A stretch of DNA of 64,000 bases from Chiloscyllium plagiosum (Eukaryota), in assembly GCF_004010195.1 (NCBI RefSeq), contig NC_057755.1:9029306-9093305 (forward strand). The letters run 5' to 3'. Under the pieces are notes generated by a model. The model was not told where the DNA came from. It ran no database searches and was given only the letters and a program-made list of their open reading frames with translations. Of this stretch, positions 47,730 through 60,967 are shown in pieces (positions within the stretch are counted from its first letter, which is position 1; every line of letters begins with the position of its first letter). The position numbers were made by a program, and so were the translations under genes.

Positions 47730-50700
47730 TTTAAGTTAAGTAGTCTGGGGGGGAGAGCAAATTGGAAATTCAAGGAAGAAGTTAAACGCAAAGTAAGAAT
47801 AAGAGAAGTTAAGGAAGACAACAGAATTAACGGAGCAGAAAACTTAAGAAGGGATCATACAGTATGGTCAAGTGAAATAGGGATTGATAGGAAGGGTGAG
47901 GGGAGTAACAAATTAAATGAATTACATATGGATGCATGAAGCATGAGAAATACGGTGGATGAGCTTGAGTCTCCGTTGGAAATTAGCAGGTATGATGTTG
48001 TGGGGATAACTGAGACGTGGTTTCAAGTGGACAGGTCCTGGGAAATGAATATCCAAGATTCTACATGCTATCGAGAGGGCAGACAGACGGGAAGAGGTGG
48101 TAGGACTGCCCTGAATGGTGAGGAATGATGTTGAGTTGCTTGCGATGGAGAACATAGCATCAGGACATATAGAGTCAGTATGGATAGGGCTGAGAAATTC
48201 TAAGGGTAAGAAGACCCAAAAAGGAAGTTATCTACAGGCCCCCAAACAGTGGTTTGGACGTAGGGTGAAAGTTGAATAACGAGTTGAAATTGGCCTGTTG
48301 CAAAGGTATTACTACAGTGGTTATGGGATATTTCAACATACAAGTAGACTGGGAGAATCAGGATGGTACTGAACGCCAACAAAGGGATTTTGTCGAGTGC
48401 CTCCAAGATGGTTTCTTAGAAGATATTGTACTGGAGCCAACCAGGGAGAAGGCAATTCTGGATGTGGTGTCGTGCAACGAATCGGATTTAATCAGAGACC
48501 TCGAAGTAAAAGAGCCATTAGGGGATAGTGACCATAATATGATCTGTTCTAATCTGCAATTTGAAAGGGAGAAGGGAGAATCGAAAGTGTCAGTATTGCA
48601 GTTGAACAAAGGGAACTGTGGATCTATGAGGGAGGAGCTGGCCAAAGTTCAATGGTTCAATACCCTAGCAGGGATGGCAGTGGAACAACAATAGCAGGTA
48701 TTTCTGGATATAATGCAGAAGGTACAGGATCAGTTCATTCTAAGGGGGAAGAAAGATCCTAAGTGGAGCCAGGGACGGCCGTGGCTGACAAGGGAAATAA
48801 AGGACTGTATAAAGTTAAAAGGTATAACATAGCAAAGATGAGTGGGAAGCCGGAGGAATGGAAAATTTAAACAGCAGCAAAATGAAGTACGAAGGTAAAC
48901 TTGCTAAAAATATAAAGGAGGATCGCCAAAAGTTTTAAGGTATGTGAAAAGAAAAAATGGTTAAGACTAAGATTGGGTCCTTTAAGACAGAAACATGGCA
49001 ATTTATTATGGGGAACAAGGAAATTCCAGAATGTTGAATAGGTACTTTGGCTCTGTCTTCACTGGGGAAGACACAAGCAATCTCCCAGATGTAATAGTGG
49101 CTGAAGGACCTCGGGCAATAGATGAACTGAAGGGAATTTATATAAAGCAGGAAATGGTGTTGGATAGACTGTTAGGCCTGAAGGCTGATAAATCCCCGGG
49201 AACTGATGGTCTGCACCCCAGGTTACTTATGGAGATGGCTCTAGAAATCATGGACACATTGGTAATCATTTTCCAATGTTCCATCGAATCAGGATCAATT
49301 CCTGTGGATTGGAAGGAGGCTAATGTTGTCGCACATTTCCATGACAGGAGGGAGAGAGAAAACAGGGAATTATAGACCGGCTAGCCTGATGTCAATGGTG
49401 GGAAGATGCTGGAGTCAATTATAAAAGATGAAGTTACGACTTGTCTGGATAGCTGTGACAGAATAGGTCAGAGTCACCATGGATTTATGAAAGGGAAATT
49501 GCGCTTGACTCATCTTCTGGATTTTTTTGAAGATGTCACTATGAACATGGACAAGGGACAAAAAGTGGATGTAGTGCGCATGGATTTTCAGAAAACCTTT
49601 GAAAAAGTCGCAAATATGAGAGTAGTGAGGAGAATTATGTCACATGGTATTGGTGACAAAATACTGACTTGGATTGGTAATTAGCTGTCTTATAGGAAGT
49701 AAAGAGTAGTGATATACGGGTCCCTTTCAGATTGGCAGGTGGTGACCAGTGGAGTATCACAAGGCTCGGTGCTGGGACATACATTAATGATACAGATGAA
49801 GGTATTAAAAGTAATGTTAGCAAATTGGCTGATGAAACAAAGCTCGATGGCCGGGTGAAATGTTAGGAGGATGTTATGAGAATACAGAGTGGCTTGGGCA
49901 GGCTAGGTGAGTGGACAGATTTGGCAGATGAAGTTTAATGAGGATAAATGTGTGGTTATCCACTTTGGTGGCAAAAACAGGAAGGCAGATTATTATCTAA
50001 ATCAAGTGAAGTTAGGTAAAGGGGAACTACAAGGAAGATCTAGGTGTTCTTGTACATCAGCCAATGGAAACAAGCAGGCAGATACAGCAGGCAGTGAAGA
50101 AAGCTAATGGCATGTTGGCCTTCATAACAAAAGGAATTGAGTACAGGAGCAAAGAGAGCCTTCTGTAGCTGTACAGGGCCCTGATAGACAGCACCTGGAG
50201 TATTGTGTGTAGTTTTGACTTCCAAATTTGAGGAATATCAAATTCTGTCTAGAGAGGGAGTGCACAATACATTCACGAGGTCCATTCCCGGATTGGCGGG
50301 ACTATCATAAGTTGAAAGATTGGAGCGACTGTGCTTGAGACACTTGGGTTCGGAAGGATGAGAGGGGATCTGATTGAGATGTATAAGCTTATTAAATGAT
50401 TGGACATTCTGGAGGCAGGAAGCATGTTTCCACTGATGGGTGAGTCCAGAAACAGAGGACACTGTTTAAATATAATGAGGAGGCTATTTCGAGCAGATTT
50501 GAGGAGAAACCTCTTCACCCAGAGAATGGTGGATGTGTGGAATCCTCTCCCTCAGAAGGCAGTGGAGGCCAAGTGTCTGGATACTTTCAAGAAATAGATG
50601 GATAGCGTTCTTAATGATAGTGATCAATGGTTGGGGGATAAGGCAGGAACAGGATACTGATCGTGGATGTGTCAGCCATGATCATGATGAATGGTGGTGC

Positions 50701-50745
50701 TAGTTCGAAGGGCCGAATGGCCTACTCCTGCACCTATTGTCTATT
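47730..50745 (+). mobile_element. CR1-type LINE ORF2, near full length (APE endonuclease + RT), inactivated
   Basis: YDVVGITETW, VMGYFN, EPLGDSDHN, KSPGTDGLHPR, SHHGFMKGK, DVVRMDFQKTF, WQMKFNEDKC; 3' end cctactcctgcacctattgtctattg; many stops. Confidence 0.92.
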
Positions 50746-53700
50746 GACACAATCTGTGAAAATTCTTTCTGTCTGGATTCCGTATCAAGTGGTTCACATC
50801 GCACAATTTCCATTCAATTATTTGCTGTTGGAAAATCCAATTGTCTGAATGAGTGTTTTTCGGGAGAGACTAAAAATTTCCTTTGTATGGAGTTCATTTA
50901 CTCTGGGCAATGATGCAGCTTGAGTCAAAGTTAACCAATTTCTAGAATCATGACAATTTAAGTTGCACCCCAATGGGCAGAACTGATGTAACAATTTTCT
51001 TCTTTGAATTTAATGCAATCGTGTAAAGTGTACAAAAAATGGCAAAATAAGGACTACAGTCCGAGTCACACACATGACAACCAAATGAGAAGGCAGTTGC
51101 AAATATGTGTGAGAATGAGCATAACTTAAAAGAGGTTTTCAGCATCAACTGAATACAAGAAACAGATTCAGAGATTTTACTCTAAAGCTAAGGCTGAGGG
51201 AGTTCCATTGTTTTTATTCATATATTCACAGGACGTGGTCAGTGACGTCAGGACCAACACTAATGGCCTATCTCATCAGTATATTCCAGAGTGCAGCGAA
51301 ACATCAAAAACACTGCTGTGGATCTGGAATCACATGGAGGACTGAATATGGAAGATGGAAATGTAGTTTGCCAAAACGTTATTAGTCAATTAGTTTAGTT
51401 TATGACAATGGAGAGTGATCACATTTCTTGGTGTCAGAATCCAGAAACAGCGTTCTACAATGTATTGCAGGTCAGCAAGTGAACTTGTTGCTCTTCAAGA
51501 ATGTAGCTGAACGTCACCAGCTCAAGAGCAATCAGGGATGGGCAATAAAGTTCATGCCCAGTCAGCAATGGCCATGTAAAAATAAAAAATCGGCCAGGTA
51601 TTGTGTTTCTGAATTTCATCAAAATAGAACACATCATCTGCGACAATAACAAGTAAGTATATGCCCACAGATATAATGTCCTGTTTAACCAGTATAGTAG
51701 TACAACGGCACATCCTTTCTCCTCTATGTTCTCATCTCGATGGGTTAATGATTGTGATACTTTTAACAAACGTAACAACTGTGAGAACCTTCAAGTCAAG
51801 TAGGACACATCATTACCCCCTTCCAGGCTAAATAAAACAAGCTATGAAAGAAAAATCAACCGAACTACTCTGTGTGACCTAGATTTTTCTAGATTCCCTG
51901 TGAAAGGTAAATAATAGCAAATTAGTGCAATAAGGAATCCGTTGTTAATAAGGTGATCACGGAAGAGGAAGGTGATTTGAAATGGAAATTCTCCTGAATG
52001 CATGTTTTCTGAGTTAATACGAACTTAAATTTGTTCAGAAAGTAAAATTGGAGAAACAATACTACAGTATTGTTACATTCAGATATTTAGATAATAGAAC
52101 AGTCAATGAGGCGCGTCTGGAGCAGAATTCTACAAGGTTACCAAAGTGGAAGCGAAGTATATTAGGGATGTCATTGTGAACTTTTTAGAGTCCTAAATGA
52201 TGTGGCGATGCCAGTTTTGGACTGGGATGGATTAAGTCAAAAGTCACACGTCACCACGTTATAGTCCAATAGATGTACTTGAAATCACTAGCATTCGGAG
52301 CATTGGTCCTTGGTCAGGTGAAGTGGAGGGAGACGCACAGTCACATAATGTATAGATGTAGCATGGTTTCTCATGACTTTTCCTTTACTCCTAAATGATA
52401 CTCGTGTCGCCGACTCGTGTTCTGGAAATGAATGATTTGTTGAATAAAGCAACGGATTTATATTTTTTTGTTGCGTGGATAGTACACAGATTCATTAGGT
52501 GGGGTACGTATCCGTTGCAGTTAACAGAAATGATGTTAGGGGTAGACAAGAGAAATTCTAATGATAACTGTCTCACCCATCCCTTCCAATTGTTTAATGG
52601 TCTGTGCTTTGTTGACTACTCCTACCTGTCAACAATGAGAAAGAATGGCTCAAGCCATCGTAGTATTTGAACACAGTGCCACCAGAGTATTACTTGGATG
52701 TTTGGATTAATAATTCAACAATAGTAACACTGGGTCATCTCTTCCCTCTTGGACCTTGAGATAATACTGCTGATCGAGTGTATGGTTCATGAATTCCTGT
52801 GGAGAATGCAAATGAAAACTAAAGCACGATGCACTTCTGATGTCACCAATTTAATCAAAGGATGGACATCTTCTCTTTTATTGCTGAGAAGATGTCCTTG
52901 TTCCTGCAGCTTCTACCAAGAAGAGTCGTTCACATTGTAATATCAAGTCATGATTATAAATTCGTTTTTAGTAAAGTTCTTGCGATTGGATATTGAGACC
53001 TATCCAGTCATAAAATAACAGTATACCAACAACGTTCCTTATCGTTCCAAATTTCTTCTACAGCTATAACAACACCAACAGACATATCTTTGTAATGTGA
53101 AGTGTTATTAGTTTTTGGATGTTCATTAAATTTAGATATTCATTAAATCAGATCTTTTCGCACTGCGCATTCACCTAATTAAAACTACAAGTTCAGCATC
53201 GCTTGTTCTCTGAACAGGCGAATATGACCACGTTATTTAGAGAATTTGGAAGGTGCGTGCTTTCTGAATGCAGATAGACAAGCAGTAGTCAAGCAATCTG
53301 AGGAAACTATGACTTCAATAACTGTTTCATTCTGTTCCTCTCTCAGCCTCTTCAAAGCAGTTTCATCCAGAGATTAAAATGCATGGGATCCATGGTGACA
53401 TGGTCGCTTCGATTCAGAATTGGCTTGGTTCGAGGAGGTAGTGGGAAGTGGTGGAAGCACAGTTTTAGTCTTGCAGTCAGTCCATCAGAATTTGTGTTTC
53501 AAAATGACCTGAACTTGAACTTCTGTTGTTTGTGATAGGACATAGGATAGTGTAACAAAGGATCGAGGCATCCAGCCCACACTGTTGTGCTGAACATGAC
53601 ACCATACTATCCGTATCCCTTCTTCCTGCCCTTGATCCATATCGCTCCATTCTGTGCATGTTATTGTGCTTATCTTAAAGTGCTTTAGAAATCTCTAATG

Positions 53701-55325
53701 TATCGGCCTCCATCACCACCCCTGGTAATGTGTTCCAGTTCATTGTTAACATCTTTGTAAAAACTAGTGCGCCTGCCAACTCCTTTTCATTTTCTCCCAC
53801 TCACCTGAATGCATGCCACCCCGTATTAGAAATTTCTGCTCTGGGAAAAAGAAGAAATTCAGATTGTCAATCCTATCTATGAATGTTCCCACATTCCACA
53901 ATGTGAGTCTGTAATGACGTCCTCTGGAGACAGACACAGGATGCGACAGCGAATGTTCCCTTCGTTGACTGGTAATTCCTGGGAGTAGAGAAACTGTGCC
54001 ATGTTCTTCGCAGCTTGCAACACATCATCGATGAGGATGAGCAACTAACCAAGGTCTGCCCGACGCCCCCACTTCTCACCTTTAACTAACTCCCAAAACG
54101 TGAACACTCCATGGTTTGCAGCAAACTGTCCAGCCTTCAGGACAACATCGAATACAACACCATACAACCCTATAATAGCAAGCACTGCAAGGTATATCGG
54201 AATGTCGACATGGCTACTACTATAACTCTTGGGGACACAACCCATGACGGGGCAGCAAGTAATCATGAGACTCGGCCAGTGTTGTCTCACTCATAAGATG
54301 CAGGCAATGATGCCTGGGGCATGGTACTTGGGCAAGAGTAAGCAGTCACTATGACAATGGATGAGTGGACACCACGCAACAGTCGCCAGAGAGCAATCTC
54401 CTATCTCATTCTGGAACAGTTCAGAAGTAAAGGGCATTGAGTCGTGGATCTTTCACTAACCATTTTCCAAGGCGACTTCGGGATACACAACAATACAGAG
54501 TCACCGAGTATAGGCTGATAGCCATGTTTGATACCCATGATGATGGTCTTGAATGGAATCTTAGGTTAATGACTTATGACAGGTGGCCCCATTATACGAT
54601 ACACTCTTGCACATAAACCCACACACCAGAAAGATACGCACACAACCTTATACATGATCGCACTCGCACACTCACGTAGATGCTCTCTCATATGAATGCA
54701 ATTTCAGATGCACACAAACGTACATTCACATTCAATACCCACTCTCTGACAGACATATACTCTGTCATATTTGCACGATCACACTTTCAAGCACGCACAC
54801 ACGCACTCAGACTTTCTCTCCCTCTCTACCACACACATACTCTCACACACATTTACACACACAGGTGCACACCTACACTCTCACGTTCTCTCTCTCTCTC
54901 CCTCACACACATATAAATGCACGTACACACACATATACGTCTATGGTATGAATTTGCAAATTCAGATGAGCAGATGCATTTTTTTAAAAAACACACAATC
55001 TGTAGGCAGTCAGTCAATGTGACATCATATAATTTCATATTTTAGAAATACAACCAGTCTGACTCATATTTATAATACAGACAGATTCTAACCTCACAAC
55101 TTCAATGCATTGTCTGTACCGATATGTCACTTTTTTAACAAAAACATTTATCTCGCGAATGTGACTTGCAAATGCTTTGGGATTTACATATTAATGATTT
55201 GAAACATATAGCCCCATTCTAAATGATTAAGACTGAACAGCAATCTAGGTTTGTTCAATAGATTGCATCAGTTGTACAACAATCTTATCTGTTGTGTTTC
55301 TGTTCGCCAAGCTGGGAATTTGTTT

Positions 55326-55365
55326 GCAGACGTTTCGTCTCCTGTCTAGGTAACATCCTCAGTGC
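55326..55365 (-). ncRNA. Minimal type-I hammerhead ribozyme motif, core intact
   Basis: Reverse complement GCA-CTGAGGA-TGTTACCTAGACAGGAGAC-GAAA-CGTC-TGC; stem I GCA/TGC. Confidence 0.78.
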
Positions 55366-55715
55366 TTGGGAGCCTCCTGTGAAGCGCTTCTGTGATCTTT
55401 CCTCCGGCATTTGTAGTGGATTGAATCTGCCACTTCCGGTTGTTAGTTCCAGCTGTCCGTTGCAATGGTGGGTATATTGGGTCCAGGCCGATGTGCTTAT
55501 TGATTGAATCTGTGGTTGAGTGCCATGCTTCCAGGAATGGAGAACAGCCAGGGAAAGCCTAGAGGCATCGCATTCATCCACAGATTCAATCGGCCTGGAC
55601 CCAATATACCCACCATTGCAACGGACAGCTGGAACTAACAACCGGAAGTGGCAGATTCAATCCACTACAAAAGCCGGAGGAAAGATCACAGAAGCGCTTC
55701 ACAGGAGGCTTCCAA

Positions 55716-55755
55716 GCACTGAGGATGTCACCTAGACAGGGGATGAAACGTCTGC
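55716..55755 (+). ncRNA. Minimal type-I hammerhead ribozyme motif, core intact
   Basis: GCA-CTGAGGA-TGTCACCTAGACAGGGGAT-GAAA-CGTC-TGC; predicted cleavage after C55752. Confidence 0.78.
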
Positions 55756-56744
55756 AACACAAATTTCCAGCTCGGTGAACAGAACCACAACAATGAGCAC
55801 CCGAGCTACAAATCTTCTCACAAACTTTGAACAATTTTATATTTTAGTAGGAATGCTGTGCCCTATGATCCTGCCCCTCCAGCGAGGTGATGAAGAAGCA
55901 GTTCTCCAAAGGCTTGTACTTCCAAATAACCATGTTGGACTCTACCCTGATTTTGTGTATTTTTTTAAACGTTGTCCACCCCAGCCCAATCCCAGCATCT
56001 TCACGACATCAAATTTCCCCTCAGCCTCTGCTGCTCAGAAGAAAACAACTCGAGTTCTTCTAGCCTCTCTTTTCAGCTCACACCGTCTATCCAGGCAGAA
56101 TTCTGATAAACCACTTCTGCATCCTCTCCAAAGTTTCCAGATTCTTCTTGTAATGCTGTGAGCAGACTTTAACGCAAAGCTGTCAGTGTGGCCAAACAAA
56201 CGTTTACTAAAAATGCAACACAGCATGTTGTGTCCTCTCCTCAATTCCCCGACCAATAAAGACAAGCATGCCACATGCCCTCTTTACCAGCCAATCACCT
56301 TGCATGGCCACTTTCATATAAGATCTCTCTGTACATCAGTGTTGTTCCGGGTCCTGTCATTAGCTGTATACTTTTCCTTAACATTTGATCTCCCAAAGTA
56401 ACAATTAGTAAGTTCCCTGTGCGTGCTATACCTAGGTACTAGTTACTGCGACTCATTTCCAAGACATCCAAATCCTTCTGCACTGAAACACTCAGATGTT
56501 TCTCTTCATTTCGATAATAATTTGCCTTTCCCTTCCTCCAATTAAAATGGACATCCTCTCAATTATCTGTGATAAAGATAATCTGCTAATTTTTGCCCTA
56601 TTATCCATAACGACTTTGTAAATTTTTAAATTCTTCACTACATATGACGTCCATAACGTATTATTGTGTAATCTGCAAATTTATTGTGGTGTGGATGACG
56701 CCTCATGCTCGGAGGTGCCTGGTTTAGTTGAAGGGGACTATGGT

Positions 56745-56952
56745 GTTCTCAGTCCAATGCCTTGTTTTATACTTTGTATAGCAGATAACTACAAAGCGGT
56801 CAAAAGTGAAGGCAAATTTGAACTAAACAGACAAATCAACAAAAACGCCAGTTATGAATAAATTTAGCTTACAGGTATGTGCAGGACAGGATGACATTGG
56901 GAAATGATAACTGAGCATATGATGCCAGAATACGTTAATGATCATTAATACA
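56745..56952 (-). pseudogene. GPR139-like pseudogene psi6 fragment (TM2-TM3), mirror copy of psi1
   Basis: VLMIINVFWHHMLSYHFPM..TCKLNLFITGVFVDLSV*FKFAFTFDRFVVICYTKYKTRH. Confidence 0.85.
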
Positions 56953-57413
56953 TTAACCCTTGATTCCCCTCCTAATCAATAATATATTTCAGACTTAATG
57001 CAAACAAGGACACAGCCACCGCAGCTGTCTCTATGAAAAGTAGTGACGAATACATAACAATAAGTGTATGCCATGCATGCTCTAGTAATGTGAAAGGAAG
57101 TTTCCCCCAATCAAAGATCAATTTGCTCGTGACAAATCAAAACTGTCCATGTTACTGTCGAAATCAACGAGACAAACAACGCTTAATTATTTCACTCGTT
57201 AAACAGAACTGAAAGGAAGCCAAAGAATTGACAGAGAACAATGCCTTATCCCTGTTCATGTTTGGGGCGTGGGGGGTGGGGGGAATGGGTGCACCAACCA
57301 CCTTCGTTTATTTTGTTGAAAGTGTATCTGTTGTTTAGCTGTGCCATCTCCCCTTGGACACAAAAGTGAAATGGAGCGGCAAAAGTCTCTTCTGTGAACA
57401 CTATTCTGACAAC

Positions 57414-57422
57414 GTTGCATCA
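57414..57422. promoter_or_regulatory. Candidate C/EBP-ATF element GTTGCATCA, gene B
   Basis: Reverse complement of the gene A element at the equivalent position. Confidence 0.45.
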
Positions 57423-57459
57423 CGATTATTTTTTTCCCTCAACGAGGGACACATTGTTC

Positions 57460-57468
57460 TATAAATAA
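57460..57468 (+). promoter_or_regulatory. TATA box of gene B
   Basis: TATAAATAA about 75-80 nt upstream of the ATG; conserved with gene A. Confidence 0.7.
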
Positions 57469-57541
57469 GGTCTATTAATTGCTCTCAAATACGTTCCAAT
57501 GAAGCCATCAATCTTGGTACATTTCCAACAATCTTCAGAGA

Positions 57542-57611
57542 ATGGTGCAGCCAATAATTGTCCAGTTAAAAATAATTTACTACCCGATTCTAGCAGCCTT
57601 TGGCATTCCTG
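57542..57611 (+). CDS. GPR139-like GPCR gene B, exon 1 (MVQPIIVQLKIIYYPILAAFGIP)
   Basis: ATG at 57542, 70 nt, donor G|gtaagt; in frame with exon 2. Confidence 0.9.
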
Positions 57612-59635
57612 GTAAGTCAGTAATATTCTATTGTTTCACACGATCATTGTATTGTTACAGCGCAGAAAGGGATGTCTAACCCCCTGCTATGCTTTTTGAC
57701 AGTTTCAAACACTGCGGTCAATGAAGATCGCTGAGACACATAGAAAGTAGGGGCAGGAGGAGGTTATTTAGTCCTTCAAATTGGATTGCATTCGTAAATG
57801 AATTGGTGACCTCCAATTTGTAGTTAGACCAGGGAGTCAATAAAGTAACGAGAAAGTTACCACTTACTTATAAAAGAATGATGCATAATATAGAGAGGGC
57901 ACGCTGCAAATATACAAGGCATTAGAGAGTCTGCACAAGGAGCATTGTTTAACATTTAGTGCCCCTTACCTGAGAAGATGTATTCTTATATTGCAGTCAG
58001 ACCTGGTTCATTCGATTGATGCTAGAAATGAAGGTTTTGACTTTCGAAGAGAAACTGAACACTTTAAGCCATTACTCTCTGGAATTTAGAAGGCTGTGTA
58101 GAGAACTAACTGTGGTATATCGGAAGCTAAAAAGAGCCAGCAGAGTAGATGTCGTCTGGATACTTACTTTTTGGCACATCTGGAAGAGATTTTGCCTTTT
58201 TAGTCCGAGGGGAAGCAGAATTAAAACAGAGATGAGAAGGACCTACTTCCCTCAAAGGGCCGTAAATCTGTGTAATTCACAACACCATTGTATGGTAAAT
58301 GTTGAGAAAGTAAATAAATGTAAGCAAGGAATAGAACATTTTGTAATGATTAATGTGCTGCTGGGCTGTGGAGAATAGGCCACCAAGTGAGACCGAGATG
58401 AAATTAGTCATCATGACATCAAGTTCTGGAACAGGATGGAAGGACTGAATGGCCTCCCCGCTCCTCGGTCTTATTTTGTACATTCTAATCTCGTCAGTAG
58501 TTTCACATCTTACTGAATGCATGGTAGCTCTGAGTGAACGCAATATTCCAGCTGAGGCAGAAGTAGTACTTTACACACATTGAACATAAACTGCTTGCAC
58601 ATGATCTACGTGTCCATAACAATTAACTGAAGTAATTTGCAAATCAGTCTGACAACCTATCCCGGCAATGTCAGTAACGCATCCACCCAGTTCCACTTCA
58701 TCAGTTTTCCATGGCAATACATTATTAAAATATGAAAGTATTGCAGTAATTCAATCAAATCATATAATCAATTCGCTGTCTTATTTAATTCGAGAATTTC
58801 ACTGAATAAATAATTGTGTAGTGCATGAGAGCCGGCTACATGAAGTAATTGACAGGGATAACATCATAGACACAGAATGGATACATTTGTTTTTGATGAT
58901 ACCTGTGAATGGATACTCTTTGTATGAATGTTGTGGTTATGTCGTACAATCAAAGTAGTACACCATTTATTGGAGATAAAGCAAGGGAACTGGGGGAGGG
59001 GGGGTGCATTTAAAATCTAAAATTCAAAAAGTTCAAGGATCTGTTGATGCTACTATTAGGAAATGGAGAATGAACCTTAACTTTGATAGTCGGCAATTTG
59101 AATCAAAAAGGTGAGATGATAATGCCCAGCCATCTTCCATTAGGACTGGAAACGAGTATTGTTTACAGGTTTGGGCAACCCAACTGATAGATGAAGTCAA
59201 GGATGCTTTAGTGAAGTTGTGAATTGCGTTACTTAATGAATCTAAGATCAAAGAAGAATGGGAGATGAATATTCGATTAATACAAGACCCTATGCAAATA
59301 TTGAACATGAAGAGGAGTTTTGATATAATCAGAAGAAGCCAATTATTTATGCTGACATTTAGAACAGGAAACATAAACCTATTAAAATTAGATTATTTTA
59401 CAATTCTGTTTTCCCATTGGACAGAGAGGACAAGTGTTAGTTTAAAATGAGGATCACCTTGTCTCAGATGACTGGAGGGTGTCTGAAGGAGAGTCCTTCA
59501 TCGCAACCTCAATCAAACACGCTGTTCACATCACTCAGCTGACATAAACCAAATGTCCCCTCAGTAAAGTTAACTGAATTCATTGCACGACAGGTTTTAC
59601 ATCTCTATCCCATTATTGCCTCTTAATTTCTTGTA

Positions 59636-60009
59636 CTGAAGAATGTGTTGCCAGAAAAGCGCAGCAGGTCAGGCAGCATCCAAGGGGCAGGAGAATCGAC
59701 GTTTCGGTCATAAGCCCTTCTACAGGAATGAGGAGGTGTGCCAAGCAGGCTAAGCAGGAGGTTAAAGTATATGTCCCCACCCCCTCTCCGGCCTATCACC
59801 CTCATCTTAATCTCCTTCCACGTATCGCATTCCCAACGCCCCTCCCCCAAGTCCGACCTCCCTACATTTTATCTTAGCCTTCCTGAAGAAGGCCTTATGC
59901 CCGAAAAGTCGATTATCCTGCTCCTTGGATGCTGCCTGACCTGCTGCGCTTTTCCAGCAACACATTTTTCAGCTCTGATCTCCAGCATCTGCAGTCCTCA
60001 CTTTCTCCT
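59636..60009. mobile_element. Palindromic-ended PLE-derived element, 374 bp, with 15-bp TSD and two hammerhead motifs
   Basis: TCTTAATTTCTTGTA at 59621-59635 and 60010-60024; inverted ends of about 90 bp; cores at 59694-59729 (-, CTGTAGA) and 59880-59914 (+, CTGAAGA..GAAAAGTC). Confidence 0.88.
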
Positions 60010-60967
60010 TCTTAATTTCTTGTAGCTGTGAAACAATACTGTGGTGTTGATTCTGATGTATTAATGCATCTTTTCACAAAAGGAGATCAGACTTACTGTT
60101 AGGCACTGGCCCTAATCAGACCATCACTCATTAATTGTTATTCCTCCACAATTAGGATAATGACTCATATATTTTCCATTATGTTGTTTACCCATATTTA
60201 GCAAACAATAGAAAATGAAATATTTGCATATTTTATACTCCGTGGTATGTTTCAATTTGTAATTGACAACATCTTCTCAAAGACTAGCTCCAACATGGTA
60301 ACAAAAAAGATCTCTCCCAGATCAGGCTTTTTTTTTGTGTTTACATAGAAATTAACAGCTCAGTACTTAGAACTACTAGAAAATTTTCTACCTACTCACA
60401 ACATCATAGAACTGGACAGCATGGAACCACACTTTTGGTCCATGTCGTCCATGCCGACCAGATATTCTAAATCAAATGAGTCCTATTTGCCAACATTTGG
60501 CCATATCCCTTATACAAACTTCTTACTTGCGTGCCCACCCAGATGCCATTTAAATTTATATTTGGACAAGTCTCCACCCCTTCATCTGGCAGCTCATGCC
60601 ATACATGTTACACGCTCTGTGAAAAACCTCCCCCTGAAGACGCTTTTAATTATTTCCCTCTCTCCCTGAGCCCATGCCCTCTGGATTGGTCACCAATACC
60701 CTGGAAAATGATGTTGGTTATTCACACAATGTATGCCCCTCATGATTTCATTGACTTCGATAAGGTCACCCCTCAACCGACGATGCCCCAGGAAACATGG
60801 TCTCATTCTATTCATCCTCACCCTATCACTCAAATTCTCCAACCTTGACAGAATCCCTATAAATCCCTTTTGAGCCTTTCCATAGCTGGGTCCAAAGAAT
60901 ATTAATTTGATTCTTAAAACTGAGATTCAAGTTTCTGTACCTATGCTTTCTTGTTATTGAAGTAGAG

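Larger units (their letters stand above)
55289..55829. mobile_element. Palindromic non-autonomous PLE-derived element, 541 bp, with TSD
   Basis: Arm ~55289-55530 is the reverse complement of ~55560-55792; flanks AACAATCTTAT (55278-55288) and AACAATTTTAT (55830-55840). Confidence 0.88.
53905..56010 (+). mobile_element. PLE 3' fragment (GIY-YIG, CA-rich tail, terminal repeat), interrupted at 55289-55829
   Basis: Homologous to 3980-4810 and 7245-7703; terminal repeat with degenerate hammerhead (GTGATGA..CAAAGGCTT) at about 55885-56010. Confidence 0.75.

Noticed and set aside
54045..54290. Peptide IPIYLAVLAIIGLYG resembling a receptor exon 1
   Set aside because: It is the antisense strand of a Penelope fragment and has no suitable donor site.
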